Part shown: positions 25,660 through 32,000 of the stretch, in pieces | Numbering within the stretch: the first letter of the stretch is position 1 | Layout: the number at the start of each line of letters is the position of its first letter | DNA from: Caldivirga maquilingensis IC-167 | Lineage (GTDB): Archaea > Thermoproteota > Thermoprotei > Thermoproteales > Thermocladiaceae | DNA length: 32,000 nucleotides | Assembly (NCBI RefSeq): GCF_000018305.1 | Contig: NC_009954.1 | Coordinates: 1,170,001 to 1,202,000, forward strand | Reading direction: 5' to 3' | Notes under the pieces: model-generated | What the model was told of the DNA's origin: nothing | The model's input: only the letters and a program-made list of their open reading frames with translations | The model's database searches: none | Made by a program: the position numbers and the translations under genes

Positions 25660-26802
25660 TTAGTGAAAAACCAATGGCGAATACTTGCTAACATACGGGT
25701 ATTTACCCAAAGCCTCCTCATTCACATTAACCCCGACTCCACTGTTCATGAGCCTTGATAGGCTTACTTCACCATCCTTAACCTCAACATCCACATTATA
25801 TATATCCTTAATCCAGGACAATGGCCACTCAACAATAGCTATATTACTTACCACTGAGGCGACGTGGAGTGTATATAAGTGGGTGAGTATTGACTTATGG
25901 GGTCTATGGTGAGGGGCCACTGGTTTACCTAACGTTGATGCTTCCTTAATAATATCCATAAACCTAATTAAACCCCCCACCTTGGATACATCTGGTTGAA
26001 TATACATTAACTTAATGCGCGCCAACTCCTTGAAACCACCTATGTAGTACTCATTCTCCCCAGCAGCTATGGGTACCGGTGACTTATCGGCAACATGGGT
26101 GAGTAATTCATAATTATTCGGAGGCCATATTGGTTCCTCAACCCAATAAGGCTCATACCTATGCACCTTATTCAGGAAATTCAATGCCTCCTCAGGTTTA
26201 TTGAAGGCGGCGTTTAAGTCTAAGGCAACCTTAACACCATAACCCATGTTTTCCCTAATGGCCTTAATTGAGTCAACGGTATCGTTAACGTGTTGATGAA
26301 GCTTAACGGTGTTGAATCCATTACTTAACGCCTTATCAACAGCCTTAACAACATAATCCACCGTTGAGTACCTGGGGAAACTGGCGTAAACCGGTACCTT
26401 ATCCCTAATCCTAACACCCAGTAATTCACTAATAGGCTTATTAAGGTACTTACCTAAAGCATCCCAGAGCGCCATCTCAAGGCCACCCATGGCGCCTGAT
26501 ACAACACCACATAACCCTGCCGTGAATAGGAGCTTCTCAAGCTTATTAACCAGCCTATGCACGTCACCCACATTCTCAATAACCTCACCAGTGACCGCTG
26601 GGATTATTACATCATTAAACACCCCAATGTATGAGTCAATGATATTACTACCGTAAACAAGCACCTCACCCCAGCCTATTAAGTCCCCTAATTCAACCTT
26701 CACGTATAGTTGACGACCCCAAGCCTCCTGAAATACTGTGGGTGGATCATCAATGTACGGTATTGAGACTGGTATTAACTTAATGGTGTTTAACTTAGGC
26801 AT
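25660..26802 (-). CDS. Enolase-superfamily enzyme (mandelate racemase/muconate-lactonizing family; probable acid-sugar dehydratase)
   Basis: The barrel ligand pattern is present: VKLH, ALDLN (Asp), WVEEP (Glu), AAGENE (Glu), IQPDVSKVGG and a late HH. Confidence 0.85.
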   Translation of the reverse strand: MPKLNTIKLIPVSIPYIDDPPTVFQEAWGRQLYVKVELGDLIGWGEVLVYGSNIIDSYIGVFNDVIIPAVTGEVIENVGDVHRLVNKLEKLLFTAGLCGVVSGAMGGLEMALWDALGKYLNKPISELLGVRIRDKVPVYASFPRYSTVDYVVKAVDKALSNGFNTVKLHQHVNDTVDSIKAIRENMGYGVKVALDLNAAFNKPEEALNFLNKVHRYEPYWVEEPIWPPNNYELLTHVADKSPVPIAAGENEYYIGGFKELARIKLMYIQPDVSKVGGLIRFMDIIKEASTLGKPVAPHHRPHKSILTHLYTLHVASVVSNIAIVEWPLSWIKDIYNVDVEVKDGEVSLSRLMNSGVGVNVNEEALGKYPYVSKYSPLVFH

Positions 26803-26808
26803 TATTAC

Positions 26809-27984
26809 TCACGCACTCACGTATAGTTTAATGGGTGAGAATTCATCATGCTGAAGCGCCTCAGCTGCGGTTAATCTACCATTCATTACCCTTAACGCGT
26901 AGTTGAAGATCCTATCCCCAGCCTCCTGTAGGCTAACCTTAAGCTCCAGTAGGTCTGATACATCAACGTCAATGTGCTCACCCATTGCCTTAACGGTCTT
27001 TGGGTTGGCTGAAATCTTGATAACAGGTATTATTGGATGACCCACCACGTTACCTTGACCTGTGGTGAAGAAGTGAAGCACAGAGCCCTTAGCGGCGAAT
27101 AACGTCACAGCCTCCGCGGCTGCTGATGAAGTGTTAACGAAGCATAAGCCCCCGTTCCTTGGTACTGGGTCCAGGTAATCGGCAACACACGTAATTGGCC
27201 TAGTGCCTAATTTCTGAATGTTGCCTAGTGCCTTCTCCTCTATTGTTGATAAACCGCCTTTAATATTGCCTTCAGTTGGCTGTGAACCAAGTAGGTCAAC
27301 GCCTTCCCTTTCAATTACCTCAACGTACTCGTTGTAAATCCTCATGAATTTACTCCTTAACTCAGGATCCTTTATGCGACTGGCTACAATATCCTCAGCC
27401 CCCGTTAGCTCTGAGGTTTCACCAAACATTACCGTATTCCCTAAATCCACCAACTTATCCACAGTATGCCCTAATGCTGGGTTTGATGCTAAGCCTGATG
27501 TGGTGTCTGATTCACCGCACTTTATACTGAACACTATGCCTGTTAAATCAACCTCAGTTCTCTGCTGCTCACCAGCATCCTGAACAAGCTCCTTAGCCTT
27601 CCTAGCCGCTGCCTCAATGGTTTTTAAATCACCATTACCCTCAATACTGAATACGTAAACCGGCTTACCCGTCTTAGCTATCACATCAGCAACCTTATTA
27701 GCCCAATTATCCTCAATACCAATAACTATGGCGCCGTATACATTGGGATTAGCCCCAGTGCCGGATAATACATGGAATAGTAGATTCAAGTCCCTACCGA
27801 ACTGTAATCTACCGTATGGGTGCGGTATAGCCACAGTACCCCTAATTAACTTAGCCACACCTAAGGCGGCTGTGTTTGATAAGTCATCAATGGGTATTAT
27901 GGCTACGTGGTTCCTTACCCCTACGCTTCCATCAGGCCTAATGTACGCCTTAATGGTTGGGTATTTGCCAGCCACATCACTCAC
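26809..27984 (-). CDS. UxaA-family (altronate/galactarate-type) dehydratase, large C-terminal subunit
   Basis: 391 aa with a GTG start overlapping the upstream stop (GTGA). The sequence is typical of the UxaA C-terminal domain (GVRNHVAIIP..., CGESDTTSGL, FTTGQGN). Confidence 0.85.
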   Translation of the reverse strand: MSDVAGKYPTIKAYIRPDGSVGVRNHVAIIPIDDLSNTAALGVAKLIRGTVAIPHPYGRLQFGRDLNLLFHVLSGTGANPNVYGAIVIGIEDNWANKVADVIAKTGKPVYVFSIEGNGDLKTIEAAARKAKELVQDAGEQQRTEVDLTGIVFSIKCGESDTTSGLASNPALGHTVDKLVDLGNTVMFGETSELTGAEDIVASRIKDPELRSKFMRIYNEYVEVIEREGVDLLGSQPTEGNIKGGLSTIEEKALGNIQKLGTRPITCVADYLDPVPRNGGLCFVNTSSAAAEAVTLFAAKGSVLHFFTTGQGNVVGHPIIPVIKISANPKTVKAMGEHIDVDVSDLLELKVSLQEAGDRIFNYALRVMNGRLTAAEALQHDEFSPIKLYVSA

Positions 27985-28280
27985 CTTTTACTTAAGTTAC
28001 CCCACCTTAATGATTTTAGATTATGTGTATGAACATGTTCCCCAGCCTTAATATCCTTCACAGCAACCCCAATTACCCTACCATACTTAATAACCTTCTC
28101 CCCAGCCTTAATATCCCTTAAAGCAATCTTATGGCCAAGTGGAATATCCTCAATAGCCTTAACTATAGGTCCATTGGACTTATCCTCAATGTATACGCCG
28201 TGAGCCTCCTCCCCGGCACTTATATCATCTATGGCTACCCCCACGTTATCCTCCTTATTATGTATCGCGAACCTAGCCAT
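27981..28280 (-). CDS. SAF-domain small subunit of the UxaA-type dehydratase
   Basis: 99 aa with duplicated DIKAGE motifs and GEHVHTHN, typical of the UxaA N-terminal SAF domain. Confidence 0.85.
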   Translation of the reverse strand: MARFAIHNKEDNVGVAIDDISAGEEAHGVYIEDKSNGPIVKAIEDIPLGHKIALRDIKAGEKVIKYGRVIGVAVKDIKAGEHVHTHNLKSLRWGNLSKR

Positions 28281-28302
28281 AGTAGACGGATTAACTGTAG
28301 AG

Positions 28303-28310
28303 TTTTATAC
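28303..28310 (-). promoter_or_regulatory. TATA box (GTATAAAA on the minus strand) for the SAF/UxaA/enolase/LysE operon
   Basis: Centred about 26 nt upstream of ATG 28280. Confidence 0.45.
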
Positions 28311-28419
28311 TTTTCCGTATACATGTGAATCAATCATGGTGTTAAGCCTTCTAGTTAAGGTCATTTGAAAAATATCTAATGCACAACGTTTAAATACTAG
28401 CACCTTAGCCATCACCAGT

Positions 28420-28776
28420 ATGAGTAGTAAACATGCAGTAAACCCAGGTAAAGAACCATTCTACTTTAAATCCTTCGACAAGGTAATAGGTGTGGCTCAT
28501 AATGCCTCAGAGTTAGCCAATGAATTTAAACGCCTATTAGGCAGTAATGAGGAGGCCCTTGAGTACCACTTGAGGGAGGGGCATATTGTGCAGTGGCTTA
28601 GGTACATTGGTGAGGATGAATTAGCCGGTAAGCTTCACGGTGTCACTGAACCCAATAAGGCCCTTGAAATAATAAGTAAGCACATTAGTAGGGCTGATTC
28701 AAGTGAAGTCGAGAAGGCTAATGGCCCACAGACCAAGCCACATAGGAAACCCAGTGCAGGGGGAAGACGGCGTTAA
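28420..28776 (+). CDS. Hypothetical small protein with a basic C-terminal tail
   Basis: 118 aa ORF with a TATA-like box (GTTTAAATAC) about 30 nt upstream. I could not make a confident family assignment. Confidence 0.45.
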   Translation: MSSKHAVNPGKEPFYFKSFDKVIGVAHNASELANEFKRLLGSNEEALEYHLREGHIVQWLRYIGEDELAGKLHGVTEPNKALEIISKHISRADSSEVEKANGPQTKPHRKPSAGGRRR

Positions 28777-28813
28777 TTAAAAACTATTTTAAATTCAGGT
28801 AATTGAAGCCTTA

Positions 28814-30013
28814 ATGTCATTTAAGGCTATTGGGCGTGAGGGAGTATTACTTGCCGTGGCCAGTTCCATAACCGGCATTATGTTCGGTGCTAACTCAGTC
28901 ATATTATCAATATACATGCTTAACATAGGTATGAAGCCGACTTTAATAGGTGTTGTTATTGGTGCTTCATCCCTCATGAGTGCCCTTGGATCATTAATCA
29001 CCGGCTACTTATCCGACTTCATTAATAAGTTAAGCCTATTCACGTTTCTCTCATTAGCAAGTGGTTCATTGATACTACTGTTGGTTACTGGTTTACCACC
29101 AGTGATAACTATGGTTTACCCGCTCATTGCCTTGCTTAACCGCAACGTTATATCCATTGCTATTTCCGGTGAGTATGCTAGACGAAGGGGGATATCCAGT
29201 GAATTCTTCAGCTTATCATCTTCACTTAACGTAGTATTCAGTGTTATTGGGTCATCAATAACTATGTTACCAAGCTACATGGGTAGAATGGGGTATGACT
29301 TAGTCTTCATTATTGAATCACTATCAGTGTACTCATCAATACCAATAATGCTTATAGCCATTAGGAGAATAGGCATTAATGTAACTGAGGTTAAGATCAG
29401 CAGGGTTAGTTTAAGGGAGTTAAGGGAGTTGAAGTCATCGTGGTTACTTAAGAGGCTTATTCCCGAATCATTAATAGGACTTGGGGCGGGGGTAATAATT
29501 CCCCTCTTTAGCCTGTGGTTTTACTTAAAGTTCCACATAAATATAAGTAACTTAAGCATAGTGTACGCTGCATCAAATGCAACGTTAGCATTAGGTACAT
29601 TAACGGCACCTATGATTTCAAGAATACTGAGAAGTAGGGTTACCTCAGTAATATTACTGGAGGGTTTAGCTACAGGTATATTAGCTTTAATGCCAATCAT
29701 ACTGAACATCCCTTCATTACTGGTACTCTTCATAGTTAGGAACACCTTAATGAATATGGCTAATCCTCTACTAACATCATTAATCAACGACCTAGTGCCG
29801 GGGGAGGAGAGGGGGAGGGTTTTCGGTATATGGATGCTCCTATCATCAATACCGCGTGCACTGGGTCCGGGAATAGGGGGTTACTTAATGGGTTCCGGTT
29901 ACCTGGATCTTCCACTATACATAACATCACTACTATACGCCACTGCAGTGGCCTTATTCTACGTTCTGCTTAAGGATGTTGAGAAGATGAGTAGGTTAAC
30001 CATAGGTAGGTGA
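28814..30013 (+). CDS. MFS transporter
   Basis: 399 aa with about 12 hydrophobic helices in two halves separated by a charged loop (RRIGINVTEVKISRVSLRELRELK). Confidence 0.8.
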   Translation: MSFKAIGREGVLLAVASSITGIMFGANSVILSIYMLNIGMKPTLIGVVIGASSLMSALGSLITGYLSDFINKLSLFTFLSLASGSLILLLVTGLPPVITMVYPLIALLNRNVISIAISGEYARRRGISSEFFSLSSSLNVVFSVIGSSITMLPSYMGRMGYDLVFIIESLSVYSSIPIMLIAIRRIGINVTEVKISRVSLRELRELKSSWLLKRLIPESLIGLGAGVIIPLFSLWFYLKFHINISNLSIVYAASNATLALGTLTAPMISRILRSRVTSVILLEGLATGILALMPIILNIPSLLVLFIVRNTLMNMANPLLTSLINDLVPGEERGRVFGIWMLLSSIPRALGPGIGGYLMGSGYLDLPLYITSLLYATAVALFYVLLKDVEKMSRLTIGR

Positions 30014-30082
30014 ACCCTGCATGATTTAAGGTTGAGGAATCTTAAGGCTTAAATTAATACAGCCTATTCAGAGTATTCCAAC

Positions 30083-31249
30083 ATGGGTGTTTTGGATAAG
30101 TTAGGTGTACGTAAGGTTATTAATGCCTGTGGTACACTCACAGTACTTGGTAGTAATAGGGTTAGTTCAAGGGTTTTAGAGGCAATGAGGGAGGTTGCGG
30201 ATTCCTTCATTGATATGAATGAACTCCTAGTTAAGTCAGGGGAATACATTGCCAAGTTACTAAATGTACCCGGTGCATTAGTAACAAGCGGTGCCGGAGC
30301 CGGCTTAGTACTGGCTGTTGCAGCAGCTATTACTGAGGGTGATGTGGATAAGATGAGTAGGTTACCCTTCACTGATGGGTTAAGGAATGAGATTATTATC
30401 CAATATCCACACACAGTGGGTAATCCATACGTTTACCTCATTAATATTCCAGGGGGTAGAGTAAGGATTGTGGGTTCACCAAGTGGTGTTAATGAAAACG
30501 ATATTAAGAATGCCTTAAATAAAAACACAGCCGCAGTACTTCACTTCCAGTATGAGCCACAGGAGGGTGAGGTGCCTTTAAGTAAGGTTATTGATATTGC
30601 CCATGAATTTAACACGCCAGTTATAGTTGATGCCGCTGCCGAACTGCCACCATTACTTAACTTAACAAGGTTCATTAAAATGGGGGCTGACTTAGTAGTG
30701 TTCAGTGGCGGTAAGGATATTGGTGCACCCGGTGATACAGGCTTGATTCTGGCTAATAATTTAAGGCTCCTTGAGGCGTGTAGGTTAATGAGCCCATTCA
30801 GTTACATTAATGTTAATGGGCAATCCAGGGTATTCATAGGTAGGGTAATGAAGATTAGTAAGGAGGATATTGTAGCCCTAGTCGCGGCACTGGAGGAGTA
30901 CGTTAAGGTTAATCATGAGGAGAGGTTAAGTGTAATGAATAAGATGGCTGATGAAGTAATAAGTGAATTAACCGCAGTATTACCGGGTATTAGGATTGAG
31001 AAAAGGCTGAATCATCCTGGGGAGAGGATAAGGCCGGTAACAGTACCTAAGGTTGAGATTAAGTTACCGAGAAGGTACACGGAATTATACATTAAGTTAC
31101 TAAGGGAGGGGGATCCACCAATATACGCATGTGAATGTGAAGGTAATTTATGCATTAACATGCATACGTTAAGCCAGGATGAGGTTCCCATTGTTATTAA
31201 CAGGTTAAAGGAGGTGATTAGTAGGTATCCGCCAGTAACTAATCAATGA
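30083..31249 (+). CDS. SelA-like (L-seryl-tRNA selenium transferase-related / DgaE-like) PLP-dependent enzyme
   Basis: VINACGTLTVLGS at the N-terminus, VTSGAGAGLVLA, and the PLP-lysine region VVFSGGKDIGAPGDTGLI parallel SelA FSGDKLLGGPQAG. Confidence 0.7.
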   Translation: MGVLDKLGVRKVINACGTLTVLGSNRVSSRVLEAMREVADSFIDMNELLVKSGEYIAKLLNVPGALVTSGAGAGLVLAVAAAITEGDVDKMSRLPFTDGLRNEIIIQYPHTVGNPYVYLINIPGGRVRIVGSPSGVNENDIKNALNKNTAAVLHFQYEPQEGEVPLSKVIDIAHEFNTPVIVDAAAELPPLLNLTRFIKMGADLVVFSGGKDIGAPGDTGLILANNLRLLEACRLMSPFSYINVNGQSRVFIGRVMKISKEDIVALVAALEEYVKVNHEERLSVMNKMADEVISELTAVLPGIRIEKRLNHPGERIRPVTVPKVEIKLPRRYTELYIKLLREGDPPIYACECEGNLCINMHTLSQDEVPIVINRLKEVISRYPPVTNQ

Positions 31250-31295
31250 TCCCAATAATGAGTCTTGTCACTGCTGGTGCGAAATTAGAGGAAGC

Positions 31296-31306
31296 TTTAT
31301 TTATAT
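31296..31306 (+). promoter_or_regulatory. TATA-like box (TTTATTTATAT) for the IPP isomerase gene
   Basis: Centred about 27 nt upstream of ATG 31328. Confidence 0.45.
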
Positions 31307-31327
31307 GCGTCACTGAGCCTATTTTGG

Positions 31328-32000
31328 ATGATTGGGGGTCGTAAGGATGAGCATATTAGGATTGCTTCAAGTAGTGATGTTGAGGTTGGTGATTCATTGT
31401 TTGATGGTGTTCAATTAATTCACAATGCTTTACCGGAGATGGATTTTAATGATGTTGACTCAACCATTGAATTGTTTAATAAGAGGCTTAGCTTCCCATT
31501 CATAATAGGTGCCTTAACCGGTGGCACTGAGACTGCTGGTAGGGTTAATGCTGTTTTAGCCAAGGCCGCTGAGGAGTTTGGGATAGGCATGTATGTTGGT
31601 TCACAGAGGATAGCATTAATGAAGCCTGAGACCGCTTGGAGCTTCAGGGTTGTTAAGGATAATGCACCAAGCGCCCTAAAAATAGCCAACCTAGGTGCAC
31701 CCCAGGTTTCTAGGCTTAGTGATAGGGATTTGGTGGATTGGGTTAATGAGGCAGTGGATATGATTAACGCTGATGCAGTGGCAATACACCTTAATCCAGC
31801 ACAGGAATTATTCCAACCTGAGGGTGAGCCATGGTTCAGTGGTGTTTTAAGTAAGTTGAAGCTCATTAGGAGGGTTGTTAATAGGCCTTTAATAATTAAG
31901 GAGGTTGGTAATGGTGTATCCATGGAGGTTGCAAGAATGCTTAACAGTATTCCACCCGATGCAATTGATGTCGCCGGCCACGGCGGCACATCATTCATTA
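31328..32000 (+). CDS. fni: Isopentenyl-diphosphate delta-isomerase, type 2 (FMN-dependent); 3'-truncated by the window edge
   Basis: My own translation from ATG 31328 gives [13 protein letters not shown]...[13 protein letters not shown]...GSQR...NLGAPQ...AIHLNPAQE...[10 protein letters not shown]...[11 protein letters not shown], matching IDI-2 hallmarks. An in-frame stop lies at 31286-31288. The gene is absent from the ORF track because no stop codon falls inside the window. Confidence 0.9.
   Translation, partial: MIGGRKDEHIRIASSSDVEVGDSLFDGVQLIHNALPEMDFNDVDSTIELFNKRLSFPFIIGALTGGTETAGRVNAVLAKAAEEFGIGMYVGSQRIALMKPETAWSFRVVKDNAPSALKIANLGAPQVSRLSDRDLVDWVNEAVDMINADAVAIHLNPAQELFQPEGEPWFSGVLSKLKLIRRVVNRPLIIKEVGNGVSMEVARMLNSIPPDAIDVAGHGGTSFI

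Noticed and set aside
28040-28120. DNA repeat CCCCAGCCTTAATATCC occurring twice about 60 bp apart
   Set aside because: It encodes the duplicated DIKAGE motif inherent to the SAF domain of UxaA-type small subunits, so it is not an independent repeat element.
31420-31998. 192-aa ORF on the minus strand
   Set aside because: It is the antisense shadow of the clearly recognisable type-2 IPP isomerase gene on the plus strand.
1-32000. Search for CRISPR arrays, transposases or integrases, toxin-antitoxin pairs, defence-island genes, rRNA and tRNA
   Set aside because: I saw no regularly spaced repeats, recombinase or nuclease signatures, or tRNA/rRNA-like sequences. The window reads as core chromosome rather than a mobile or defence island.

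Overview
This is an AT-rich, gene-dense archaeal chromosome segment with about 35 genes and many 1-8 nt gene overlaps. GC-rich sequence is confined to one non-coding island. Gene content points to a hyperthermophilic crenarchaeon of the Thermoproteales type, possibly Caldivirga- or Vulcanisaeta-like. Supporting genes are RadA, Rpo7, archaeal Dph2, ATP-dependent DNA ligase, an Nre-type protein, tungsten AOR and type-2 IPP isomerase. This taxonomic call is inference from protein signatures only. Most genes have a TATA-like box centred 25-30 nt upstream of the start codon, which suggests leaderless transcripts. That pattern let me move several ORF-track starts, which also use GTG, to more likely positions. 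I found no CRISPR array, transposase, integrase, rRNA or tRNA. The items most worth a second look are:
- An operon encoding an Nre-like protein and two FHA proteins. It faces a polytopic membrane Hanks-type kinase.
- An unclassified GC-rich structured RNA of about 280 nt wedged into that locus.
- A SelD-like protein with a large insertion and a C-terminal acylphosphatase domain. It is divergently paired with a TusA-like CPxP protein.
- A minus-strand operon combining a split UxaA-type dehydratase, an enolase-superfamily enzyme and a LysE exporter. It is flanked by AOR, an MFS transporter and a SelA-like PLP enzyme.
- Several short repeated motifs in divergent promoters, and a strand-specific K-turn hairpin.
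The ORF track misses one real gene, the IPP isomerase that runs off the 3' edge, and lists its antisense shadow instead.
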